Positions 20,860 through 31,274 of a DNA stretch of 64,000 nucleotides are shown piece by piece; positions within the stretch are counted from its first letter, which is position 1, and each line of letters opens with the position of its first letter. The stretch is from Naegleria gruberi (Eukaryota): NCBI GenBank assembly GCA_000004985.1, contig GG738896.1; one strand, given 5' to 3'. The translations under genes were made by a program, and so were the position numbers. The notes below the pieces were generated by a model. That model was given only the letters and a program-made list of their open reading frames with translations, did not search any database and was not told the DNA's origin.

Positions 20860-22481
20860 ATGTCTCAATTAGAAATTGCTGCGCAAGCAGTTGATTGTTA
20901 TGTTGACGAAATTAAAGGATGGTGCAAGTGCAAGGTTTATATTTATGAGCCATCAAATGAGAAAGTTTGGAAAGATGCAGAATTGAGTGGTTTGTGCACG
21001 TAAGTTTTATTGGAAATGTTTCGAAATGAGAATTTATTGGTTGGTAGAATTCATTTACAGTTACTGTCGAATACGATTTCGTTGAATGTTACAAATTTAA
21101 TAACGAAACAAGTTTCATTCAAAGNNNNNNNNNNNNNNNNNNNNNNNNNNNNNNNNNNNNNNNNNNNNNNNNNNNNNNNNNNNNNNNNNNNNNNNNNNNN
21201 NNNNNNNNNNNNNNNNNNNNNNNNNNNNNNNNNNNNNNNNNNNNNNNNNNNNNNNNNNNNNNNNNNNNNNNNNNNNNNNNNNNNNNNNNNNNNNNNNNNN
21301 NNNNNNNNNNNNNNNNNNNNNNNNNNNNNNNNNNNNNNNNNNNNNNNNNNNNNNNNNNNNNNNNNNNNNNNNNNNNNNNNNNNNNNNNNNNNNNNNNNNN
21401 NNNNNNNNNNNNNNNNNNNNNNNNNNNNNNNNNNNNNNNNNNNNNNNNNNNNNNNNNNNNNNNNNNNNNNNNNNNNNNNNNNNNNNNNNNNNNNNNNNNN
21501 NNNNNNNNNNNNNNNNNNNNNNNNNNNNNNNNNNNNNNNNNNNNNNNNNNNNNNNNNNNNNNNNNNNNNNNNNNNNNNNNNNNNNNNNNNNNNNNNNNNN
21601 NNNNNNNNNNNNNNNNNNNNNNNNNNNNNNNNNNNNNNNNNNNNNNNNNNNNNNNNNNNNNNNNNNNNNNNNNNNNNNNNNNNNNNNNNNNNNNNNNNNN
21701 NNNNNNNNNNNNNNNNNNNNNNNNNNNNNNNNNNNNNNNNNNNNNNNNNNNNNNNNNNNNNNNNNNNNNNNNNNNNNNNNNNNNNNNNNNNNNNNNNNNN
21801 NNNNNNNNNNNNNNNNNNNNNNNNNNNNNNNNNNNNNNNNNNNNNNNNNNNNNNNNNNNNNNNNNNNNNNNNNNNNNNNNNNNNNNNNNNNNNNNNNNNN
21901 NNNNNNNNNNNTGCAAAGAGAATGGTAGGAGAAGATTACTTCCTTGCCATATTGCATCTCAGTCTGGAAATGTGGAGATTTTGGAATTTTTGATTGACCA
22001 CGCTTGTAAATATTATCTGAATAATAGTACAAAACTTCAACAGTTGAGTGAATTTAACAATGCATCTATTTTCAATAATTCATTGAATGAGTTCATAAAA
22101 CAATTTCTTTCAATCAAAACCCAAGATGTAAATAGTCAAACTCCACTTCACTTGGCAGTTCGGGAAGGTCACACTTCTTGTGTAAAACTATTACTTGAAA
22201 AGGGTGCTGATCCACTTTCAGTTGATCATATTGGTAAAACAGTAGTTGATTATTCAAGAATGAACTTTATTAATAAGCATGTTATCATTGAAGAATTGCA
22301 AAAGTATGTGGATTTTGCAATCTTACCTCCACTAGAACCAATACCTATCATTCCAAACATTGCTGAGTCAGAATCTATTGAAGAAGAAATAATTGTAAAT
22401 CAAGAACCAGAGCTACAATCTGAATCAAGCAATTCTAATCAAGAACAAGATGAAGAAAATGAGAACATTTATTTTATGTGA
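20860..22481 (+). CDS. Ankyrin-repeat protein with acidic C-terminus, interrupted by an assembly gap
   Basis: Exon 1 runs 20860-20999 (MSQLEIAAQAVDCYVDEIKGWCK...) and ends at a GTAAGT donor at 21000. The coding frame resumes open at 21912, directly after the gap, with ankyrin repeats (RRLLPCHIASQSGNVEILEFLIDHA; TPLHLAVREGHTSCVKLLLEKGADP) and continues to 22481. Exon structure inside the gap is unknown. Confidence 0.55.
21125..21911. other. Assembly gap (787 N)
   Basis: Run of N. Confidence 1.
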
Positions 22482-22575
22482 AACCTTCTTATGAGACAAG
22501 TATTTTTGAAATGGCACTTTCTAGTTTCATCCATTTTCAAATGGTTGATGTATTGAAGACACAACACAATAAAAA

Positions 22576-23100
22576 ATGGCCAAAAGAAAGACACCAAAAC
22601 CACTTGCCTCTCTTCGAATTCTCTCCTATTCCGATAAGAAGAAACTTCAGTCTCAACCACAATATAGAACCAGACGTTCAAAGCCACCAATCGATTGGGA
22701 ATTAACCATTTACAAATGTGATTCCTCTCAAATGTCTTCTGATGAATTTGTTACAACCTACTATCAGACTGATCCTAAAAACCCTGCATTGGAACGATTT
22801 GATGAGATTGAACTGACTGATTTTCTCTCCAATCATTGTGACATTTATCTGGAACAACTCAAGCCAATTCCATCATCTGTTTCAGTGGGAAACTCCAAGA
22901 AGAATAATCCAAGAGCAGAGTTTGAAGCCAATGATACCAATTGGTTGTCTGAATATTTCGAAGATATCTCATTTGCAAGTTTTGATTCACTTCCTACCAA
23001 ATACACAAATTGTGTTCTCACTGTAAATAACCCAATTTTAAAGAGAATGGTTTGTTATGGAGATGATGAAGCCGTGTATTGTTTTGAATTACAACTCTAA
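22576..23100 (+). CDS. Hypothetical protein (basic N-terminus MAKRKTPKP)
   Basis: 174-codon ORF from an ATG in A-rich context. No recognisable domain. Confidence 0.45.
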   Translation: MAKRKTPKPLASLRILSYSDKKKLQSQPQYRTRRSKPPIDWELTIYKCDSSQMSSDEFVTTYYQTDPKNPALERFDEIELTDFLSNHCDIYLEQLKPIPSSVSVGNSKKNNPRAEFEANDTNWLSEYFEDISFASFDSLPTKYTNCVLTVNNPILKRMVCYGDDEAVYCFELQL

Positions 23101-23188
23101 TACTAAAATTGTATTCTTTTTTAGAAGTGTGAATTGATTCTTTTGGTGGTGTCAGCTGTCTGTTTTAGACATTAAAAAAAATACAACA

Positions 23189-23731
23189 ATGCCTGTTTCT
23201 CAAGATTTGGAGGAAAAAGTGAAAAGTATGTTTGGTTTCATACCAAACAGTTTAGCAGAAATGTGCAAAGATCCTTTCACCATACAAGTTTACCTTCAAG
23301 GAATTAATTTAAAGAAGGAGCATGCCACTCTCACATTTATCCAACGTCACATTGTTGAATATATTGCTTCATCAATGAATGGTGATGAATACTGTACACA
23401 AATGCACGCCAAATTCCTGAAAACTAAAGCAGGATTTACCAATGAAGAATTATTGGAAATGAAATATGGAGGATTACCTTCAGCTAGTTCTCATCCCGAT
23501 GTTATTCCCATCATCAAACTTGTCCGTACCATCATCAATAAGAAAGGGAAATTATCACAGGAAGATATTAGTACATTTGAAAATATGAAAATTACAAGGG
23601 ATCAAATGTATGAAATTATAACATCAATTCATCTAAAATCCATACAAAATTATGTAAATAATTTGTCGAATCCAATCTTGGATGAACGTTTCTGTGATAA
23701 TGTTTCTCAAACAACAACAACACGAAAATAA
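23189..23731 (+). CDS. AhpD/carboxymuconolactone-decarboxylase (CMD)-like protein
   Basis: IVEYIASSMNGDEYCTQMH matches the ExxAxxxSxxNGCxYCxxxH core of the AhpD-like/CMD superfamily, a mainly bacterial 'peroxidase-related' family. About 180 aa, typical length. Confidence 0.7.
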   Translation: MPVSQDLEEKVKSMFGFIPNSLAEMCKDPFTIQVYLQGINLKKEHATLTFIQRHIVEYIASSMNGDEYCTQMHAKFLKTKAGFTNEELLEMKYGGLPSASSHPDVIPIIKLVRTIINKKGKLSQEDISTFENMKITRDQMYEIITSIHLKSIQNYVNNLSNPILDERFCDNVSQTTTTRK

Positions 23732-23961
23732 ATCATCACTTTTAAATTAGTATCTAAATATGATCAGGAAAATTGGATATTAATTTAAATAATAACAGAT
23801 AGAATATAATATTTAATAATTATTTACAGATCCGATCATTGCAAGTTTAATTTTCTGACCAGATCAAAAGCTCATTCAATGTTCGCTTTTTATTTATCGC
23901 GCCATCTGAATTTGGCGCCTCAAATGTACAAGTAAATTTGAAAAACGGTAAGGTTAAAAAA

Positions 23962-26303
23962 ATGAATCAACAACAACAATTGAGGTTGCCGCCTCCTCAA
24001 TCACCAGGAATCATGATGCAAGAACAACAACAACAACAGCAGGCGAGAGGAAGACCAAACCTAACTTCGTATTATAATAGTAGCATTAATAATCAATATC
24101 CAGTTCCATCAATGCCTCCCTCTCCGAGTAATTTTGGAGGAACACCAAATGGGAGATTAATGTTTGGAAAACCAACATCATCAACACCAAATTCTTCAAA
24201 TAATAATGGAAGACCATCTTCTGCTCAACCAATGAGAACTGTTTCCAGACAAGAAATTAACAATAACATGAATAGAATGAATAATAGACAGCAACGTCCA
24301 ACGAGTGCATCACCAGCTGCCGTAAAGAGTGCTCACTTTACGATGGGAGGAACAGAGCCACTTAAACCAAGTGAGAGAAAAATTGGAAGAAAGCACTTTG
24401 TCAATGCTCCAACAATTATTACAACCACAACTTCATCTTCTGATAAACTTGATGTAGCAGAGACATTGACAATGACATCTTCAGGTCTAAGGACATCAAA
24501 AAGTGATTTGGATAAACCATTCCACTCTCTTTACCAAGCTTATTGTCGAAGAATAAGAATAGAACCTTTGGAATTTATTGTAGCAAACAGTTTAACAAAA
24601 GGTCTGTTTGAAATTGATCTCGACTTGATCCCACAAGAACATTGGAAGAGATGTTTGGCTGCTCTCAAAAACTCTCGTCAATCCTTCAATTCCATTAGAA
24701 TTGCTTGGGGTGAATCAAATTATGTCAGAGATTTCTCAACCATCACCAACAACAAACCTAAGACTACATCATCCTCTCCATCTCTCCTCTCCATCAAAGA
24801 ATCCATGCTGATCCATCAAATGAGAAGCACCAATCAGTTAGAAAGAAAGACAAGCTCGAGGTCTATTAACCTTGTCGATCCAATTACATATGCTGACTCG
24901 CTAAAGTTTGTCAGAATTCTTGCTCCCTGCTTTAGTGCATTTTTGTCAAAATTGGAAATTATAGGAATACCCATCTCAAAACAATGTACATCTTTCATGC
25001 AAAAAGGTCTGTTAGAAGCAAAGAGTTCACTGAGATGTCTTTCATTAAAAAACACAGGTCTTGGAGATGAGGCTTTCAGAGATATTGGATGCCTGCTTAC
25101 TCAATTCATCAAATTAAGCAAGTTAACAGTGAGTGGTTGTTGCCTTTCTGATGACAGCTCCCAATACATTCTCAATTTAATGAGGGAAAGAATTAATCAA
25201 AAGAGCCATGAAGCATGGTTAGTAAGTTTAAGAGGAAACCAGGAAGCCTATGATAGTATTGAAGATTTGACATCGTTGGATCTTTCTGATAACTATTTCT
25301 CTGATTCTACAGCTAAAGCCATGTCTCATATCTTGTATGATGATCAAACGTTGAAAAGTAAGTTATTTGTTTTAGCTCTATCTTACAATATTCCTTTTTA
25401 GAATTGAATTTAAGTAAGAATATTATTGGTGTAACTGGTATTTCATTATTCTTTGATGTGGTAGTTCACAATGAAGTAATTGACTATATTGACTTGAGCG
25501 CCAACTTTGGTGTAACAGAATTTTCAGAAAAGTTTGATTCTCACACTCTGTTCACCAATTTCTTCGATTCACACGACTTTATATTCCAAAGAATTTCTAA
25601 AAGGAAAAAGAAAAAGACCTCTGAAGGTGAAGAAAAAACAAAAACCTCAAAGAATGGGAAAAAGAAGGATTCCAAGATTGTTAAACTCAAAGTACCATCC
25701 AAGTCTGATAGAGATGCTCATCAAGAACTCGAATCCCTTGCGTCTGATTCACTCTCGCCAAGGTCAGACGAAACAGATGAAAGTGGTTATGAAAGTTGTA
25801 CAGGTAGAATTGAAGGAAATGACAAGAAATCAAAAGAGGAAGAAGAAAAGGAGAAGAAGAAGGCTGAAGAGAGAGAAGAAAAAACTCTCAGGTTGAAGCG
25901 TGAGTCTGAGCTCATTAACATGCAAATTGAATTCAAAAACATGGATGATCTGTTGGTGAAACTCAAAAAGAACAAGTTTGAAAATGAGAATAGAATTCAA
26001 AGCCAAGAGAGAAGTCTAACAGATCTCCAACAAGCACTTGTACAACTCACTCAACTTGTGAATGAACTTCAAGAAGAAAAACAAACCTTAAACAAGCAAC
26101 TAATTGATACCAATGAGAAACTGGAAAAGTCGCAAACCAATGTACAGTCGCTAACTTCTATAGTGGAAGCAAATTCCAACTCTTCGAAAAGGAAGGATTT
26201 CATTCAACCTGACATTCATATTGATCCATCCCTGAAACCATCTCAAGTTGCAAATGAAGATATTGCATTCAGAATTACAGAATTATTTAATAAGAAAAAA
26301 TAA
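23962..26303 (+). CDS. RNI-type LRR plus coiled-coil protein (LRRC45-like architecture); exons 23962-25357 and 25402-26303
   Basis: Q/N/S-rich N-terminus, then RNI-like LRRs (LRCLSLKNTGLGDEAFRDIGCLL; LSKLTVSGCCLSDDS). A 44-nt intron runs from GTAAGT at 25358 to the AG at 25400-01 (phase 1). Exon 2 continues the LRRs (LNLSKNIIG...IDLSANF). The C-terminal half is a charged coiled coil. Confidence 0.65.
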
Positions 26304-26419
26304 TATGCAACAGTCACGGGAGTATATTATGAAAATCTAAGCAATTAAATCTAGGAAGTGTAAATAAATATTTAAAGTAATAATTATTTGTAAATTTCAA
26401 TTAAATACATAACAAAAAA

Positions 26420-26926
26420 ATGAGTGAACAATTACCTGAAGTCACCTACCGATTTTATGAAGGTGAAAAAGATTTGGACTTGATTAAACAAATTATGGAT
26501 ATTCATCTGAGTGAACCATACTCTGTTTATACATATAGATTTTTTGTGAATGAATGCCCAAAGCAAACTGTTCTTGCTTTTATTGATGGAAATTTCGTCG
26601 GAGCTTGTGTTGGAAAAAGTGAAATGCACTTGGGAAAAACAATGCGTGGATATATTGCCATGTTGGCTGTTGAAAAGGAACACAGAAAGAGAGGTATTGC
26701 CACAGAATTGGTAAAACGAGTGATTGAAGAAATGAGATTAGCAGGATGTGATGAAGTTGTTTTGGAAACGGAATTAACCAATGCATCAGCTTTAACATTT
26801 TACGAAAGATTAGGATTTGTCAGGGATAAGAGATTACACAAATATTATTTGAACCAGGGATGTGCTTTCCGATTGAAATTATATCTGAAAAACACAGTCC
26901 AACAACAACAAGAAGAAACCAATTAA
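26420..26926 (+). CDS. NAA30: N-alpha-acetyltransferase 30 (NatC catalytic subunit, MAK3-like GNAT)
   Basis: RGYIAMLAVEKEHRKRGIATELV...CDEVVLETELTNASALTFYERLGFVRDKRLHKYYLNQGCAFRLKL is collinear with NAA30/Mak3. Confidence 0.85.
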   Translation: MSEQLPEVTYRFYEGEKDLDLIKQIMDIHLSEPYSVYTYRFFVNECPKQTVLAFIDGNFVGACVGKSEMHLGKTMRGYIAMLAVEKEHRKRGIATELVKRVIEEMRLAGCDEVVLETELTNASALTFYERLGFVRDKRLHKYYLNQGCAFRLKLYLKNTVQQQQEETN

Positions 26927-26941
26927 AATTTAAATGATAAT

Positions 26942-28831
26942 TTATACAAGTTCAACATCGTCACCATCATCATCGCTGTCGGCAGCAAATTGATTTAAAA
27001 CAGCATCATCTTCTTCATCATCAGAATCTTGTTGTTTAACATTCTTTTTCGATGTCACAGACTTGGATGGAGCTGATTTTCTTGTAATTTCTTCTTCGAC
27101 ATCATCTTGCATGGTTTCTTCTGTTTCTCCTTCCTCAATTGAAGCACCTTCTTTGTCTAATTTCATCCTTCGTTGTAATAATTGTCTATTGTAAGCATTC
27201 TTTCCTCTTTGGAGCTTCTTAATGTATTCATAAAGCTTACGCTTCTTTCTTGAGGCCATAAGCTTACGCATTTCAATTTGCTCTTGTTCCTTTTCTTCCT
27301 TCTTGTTCTTTGGTTTGTTGGACAACTTTTGAAGTTGAACTTCGTCCTTTGACTTTTGCTTGGACTTCTCCAATTCTTGTTGAACATCTGTAAACTTTTT
27401 ACCTTCCATTTCAGCCATGAATTCAATTTGGTGTCTATCTTCTTCTTCATCACTGTCATCATCAAGATCTTCCAAAACTTCAGCTTCTTCCTGATCATCT
27501 TCCACATCTTGTTGGTATTGTCTCTTGATTAATTTCAATTCCTTTTCAACCATAGATCTGATTTCTTCGGCATACTTTGGCATGTATGTATCCTTCTTAT
27601 ATTCAACAAATGGAGAGAGATGAGGTGGGAGTTTCTTACCAGGAGCATAAGGTTCAACTGGTAATTTAATCATTGCATTGACACTATCAAAAAGGTATTG
27701 AGGTTGAACATATTCACGATCCTTGATCATCTTTTCTGCAGGAACCTTTCTATCTACAACCATATGTGTAATTTTATCATAGGTTTCATCAAATGGAGAA
27801 TCTTCCGAAGCCCATCCACATTCTCCTCCAAATGATTTAACAATAAATTCTAAAGAGGCCTTTGGACATTCTCTAGAGAAGTAAAAGACCATTCCTTTGA
27901 ACATTCCTTTAAACTTCTTCATGAAAACTTCCTCTGGTGTGGATTTCTTATTTTCTTCTTCTCCTTCAACAGCAGGTCCAGAAACAGAGCTCAAATCAAT
28001 CTTTTCCTTCATTTCTTCATCTTCTGGGAGATCAATCAAGTATGATTTATCATTCTTTGTAGTATAGTTTGGTGGATATTCCATATTATTGTCGAAATAT
28101 AACTTGTAATTGATAAATGTCAAGAGGGTAATGTAGAATTGCATGAAACTTCTGAAAATGTTAAAATCAATATTTTCTGGAATTACTTGTGGGAAATCAT
28201 AAGGAACAATCCAAGTGACATCAACACCTTGAACGTTAGCTTGATAGTAAATACCCTTAAATGAAAGGAAAACTTTTCTTAAACTGTTGGTTTGACAAAC
28301 AAGTGAACAAAATTCATCACACAATCTCTTGGCGTTTTCTGACATTTCAGCAGTAACTTTACCCAAACCAGCTGGTAATTGAGTGAACATGAACAAAATG
28401 CACAAACAATCGTTCAAATCATTAAGAGCAGCTTGGAATGATGGATATCTTTCCTTTACAAGATGGTCATAAGTGAATTCTGGTTCCAATTCCTGTAAAC
28501 GTTCAAAATGTTCAATATCACCTCTTCCTTTAGCTTTGGAAACTCTTCTCAAATATGTTTTATATTCTCTCAACTTATCAATCAGTGGATCGTGAGCAAT
28601 AAAGTTAATATCCTTCTTGTAATAATAAGTTTTATCCTTTGCATATTTAGTAGCGTTTTTAGCCTTTACGTTTTTCTCTGGGACTTTAGGGTGAATACCT
28701 TTCAGAATGAGCATGTGTCTAAAGTTTGCTCTAGATAATTGAAGTCTTTCTTGAGCAGTATTCTTTGCCAAATACTTGACCTTGGTCAAATCCTTGGTGG
28801 CAAAAAAGTTCTTTTGTGGTGCTTTACCCAT
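26942..28831 (-). CDS. PES1: Pescadillo homologue (ribosome biogenesis, PES1/Nop7)
   Basis: N-terminal Pescadillo domain (LQLSRANFRHMLILKGIHP...KDINFIAHDPLIDKLREYK...RKVFLSFKGIYYQANVQG), a BRCT-like middle region and an acidic/basic C-terminus. Single 629-codon ORF. Confidence 0.85.
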   Translation of the reverse strand: MGKAPQKNFFATKDLTKVKYLAKNTAQERLQLSRANFRHMLILKGIHPKVPEKNVKAKNATKYAKDKTYYYKKDINFIAHDPLIDKLREYKTYLRRVSKAKGRGDIEHFERLQELEPEFTYDHLVKERYPSFQAALNDLNDCLCILFMFTQLPAGLGKVTAEMSENAKRLCDEFCSLVCQTNSLRKVFLSFKGIYYQANVQGVDVTWIVPYDFPQVIPENIDFNIFRSFMQFYITLLTFINYKLYFDNNMEYPPNYTTKNDKSYLIDLPEDEEMKEKIDLSSVSGPAVEGEEENKKSTPEEVFMKKFKGMFKGMVFYFSRECPKASLEFIVKSFGGECGWASEDSPFDETYDKITHMVVDRKVPAEKMIKDREYVQPQYLFDSVNAMIKLPVEPYAPGKKLPPHLSPFVEYKKDTYMPKYAEEIRSMVEKELKLIKRQYQQDVEDDQEEAEVLEDLDDDSDEEEDRHQIEFMAEMEGKKFTDVQQELEKSKQKSKDEVQLQKLSNKPKNKKEEKEQEQIEMRKLMASRKKRKLYEYIKKLQRGKNAYNRQLLQRRMKLDKEGASIEEGETEETMQDDVEEEITRKSAPSKSVTSKKNVKQQDSDDEEDDAVLNQFAADSDDDGDDVELV

Positions 28832-29180
28832 TTTTATATACTATCGTGTTATTAACAAAATATTGTTGAGTTGTGGTTGTTATAGAAAATAGGCTTTGTC
28901 CGTGATGATAAAAAAATAACTCGGTAGTTTAAACGACAAAAGAAATTGTTGCTAGCTTGTTGTTGTTACGTTATTTTTTTTGAAGCAAGAATGAATATTT
29001 TTTCATCAATTTTTCATCAAATTGTTTGAACGGAGAGATTCAGCATCATAAAGTGCAACAAATAGAGCTGCAGTTGTTGATGAATTAAAAGCTTTTTCAG
29101 TTCAATACATGTTACCTTACTAGTTGAATGCATGGTTTGGTTAGAAGTGTTTTGAAAGATATTGAAAAGAATGATTTTTT

Positions 29181-29906
29181 TTATTGTTCAGATGACGATT
29201 CTTCTGTCTTGTTTTCTCTAGATTGTTTCAGTTTCTTATTGAGGGATTCCAAAGTAGTGCATTCACGAGCTAGTTTGAAAATTAAGTGATTGGTTTTAGT
29301 GGATTTTTCAATGAGTTTGTCCAATTCGTATTTCAAGTCATATTGTTCTCGTTTTCGTTTCTTGTTGATATTTTCAATTTCTTGTAAAACTTGAGTCTTT
29401 TCTCTTTCCAATAATTTAATTTGTTTTTGAAGATATTCATTGGCTTTTCTTAGTGATTCCTCTCCATAATTCTTAGCTAATTCAGTATGTATACAATTAT
29501 GATAATAATACAATGGTTCATTCTTTTTGATAGTTTCCAAATATTCTTCCTTTTCCTTCTCTGAAAAGAATGGAACAAATTCTTGTTTTTCGATCATTTG
29601 TTTATAATGTTCCGATAAGCCAGTTGTAGAATTAGAAAATTGAGGTTCATAACTTGATGTTGTATTCGGATGATATTCCTCCATCTCACAATTCTTCATT
29701 TCCTCCTTGATCATGTTATCAATTTGTCTTTTTAATATTTCAACTTGAAATTGATGATATTCTCCCTTTGATAATGATGAATCGGATACACCTTCCTCCT
29801 CTTCAGAACCTTGAAAATAGGACGACAATGGATGCTTTACGCAACACTCCAATCGATCCACATAACTCAACGCATCCAAAATATTCTCCTTCAACGATGA
29901 TGACAT
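29181..29906 (-). CDS. Coiled-coil protein, possibly BCAS2/SPF27-like splicing factor
   Basis: N-terminal DALSYVD motif resembles the BCAS2 DALPYFD motif. Size of about 240 aa and C-terminal coiled coil fit, but similarity is weak. Confidence 0.45.
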   Translation of the reverse strand: MSSSLKENILDALSYVDRLECCVKHPLSSYFQGSEEEEGVSDSSLSKGEYHQFQVEILKRQIDNMIKEEMKNCEMEEYHPNTTSSYEPQFSNSTTGLSEHYKQMIEKQEFVPFFSEKEKEEYLETIKKNEPLYYYHNCIHTELAKNYGEESLRKANEYLQKQIKLLEREKTQVLQEIENINKKRKREQYDLKYELDKLIEKSTKTNHLIFKLARECTTLESLNKKLKQSRENKTEESSSEQ

Positions 29907-30150
29907 TTTTTAATATTTATTAATTTAAATAAAATTCCCTCTTGATGCTTGTTCAATAAGAGGGAATTGGCTAACAACTAATAATGTACTTTCATCATCA
30001 ACCTATCGGAATGATCAATAATATGACCATCATAATGATGATTATCCATTGATACCTTCAAACTTGTTCATTAGTTTTTCCGAAGGGAATATTCAATCAT
30101 CGAGGTAGAATGGACTCCACTGAACGGGCGTTCAAATACAAAAAAAAAAT

Positions 30151-31258
30151 ATGTCTACATCAACAACAGACGATCAAGTATTGATTAAAATTGCATCGGA
30201 AGAGGAATTTTCTCAATCGGTTGTTAGTTTGATTACATCGTCATCATCAAGTGCTGTGAATGGCGTTGTTGTACACTTTTGGGCTGAATGGTGTGCACCA
30301 TGTTTTGAAATGGATAAGATTTGTGTAAATCTTGCTCAAAGGTTTACCAATATTAAATTCTATAAGGTATGGTGTAGTTAATTATGTGATAAATATATTT
30401 AAAATAATAATTAATAATTTAATTGTAAAATAGGTTGAAGCCGAACAATTACCAAATCTTACTGAACGATTCGGAGTTCACTCAGTGCCAGCTTTTGTCT
30501 TTTTACCATCAAATCAAAATGCATCTAAATTATCTTTCACAGTTTTGGAAGGTGCTAATCCACCTGAACTTTCAAAGAGAACAAAGGCTCTCTCTGAAAG
30601 TGTCAACTTGCCACAAACTCAACAACAACCAGCAGGAGGAGGTACTGATTTAACTAGTAGAATTAAGAATTTGATCAATCAAACTCCTGTTGTGCTTTTT
30701 ATGAAGGGTAATCCATCAACTCCAAAATGTGGATTCAGTAATCAAATTGTGGAAATTTTGCGTAAGGAAAACATTACTTTCTCTACATTCGATATTTTGA
30801 GTGATGAAAGCGTTAGACAAGGATTAAAGTCCTATTCAAATTGGCCAACTTATCCACAATTGTACGTTAAGGGAGAACTTATTGGAGGACTTGATATTGT
30901 AAAGGAAATGGCTCAAGAAGGAAGTCTCTGTGAACAACTTGGTCTTGAACCTGAGGAAGATTTAAATACCAAATTGAAACGTCTCGTTAATCAAGCTCCT
31001 GTCATGCTCTTCATGAAAGGATCTCCAGAGGCTCCAAAATGTGGATTCAGCTCCAAGATTGTTGCCATTCTCAATAATAATAATGTCAAATTCTCTTCAT
31101 TTGACATTTTGAGTGATGAAAGTGTTAGACAAGGATTGAAGACTTATTCAAATTGGCCAACTTTTCCTCAACTTTATTCTAAAGGAGAACTAATTGGAGG
31201 ACTTGATATCGTTAAAGAATTGGCTGATAATGGAGAATTGTTGGAAAATCTCGAATAA
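30151..31258 (+). CDS. GRX3: Glutaredoxin 3 / PICOT (Trx domain plus two monothiol Grx domains); exons 30151-30366 and 30434-31258
   Basis: Exon 1 encodes the thioredoxin-like domain ([10 protein letters not shown]). A 67-nt intron runs from GTATGG at 30367 to the AG at 30432-33. Exon 2 has two CGFS-type Grx modules ([16 protein letters not shown]; [16 protein letters not shown]). Confidence 0.85.
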
Positions 31259-31274
31259 ATTATTTATTGTTATT

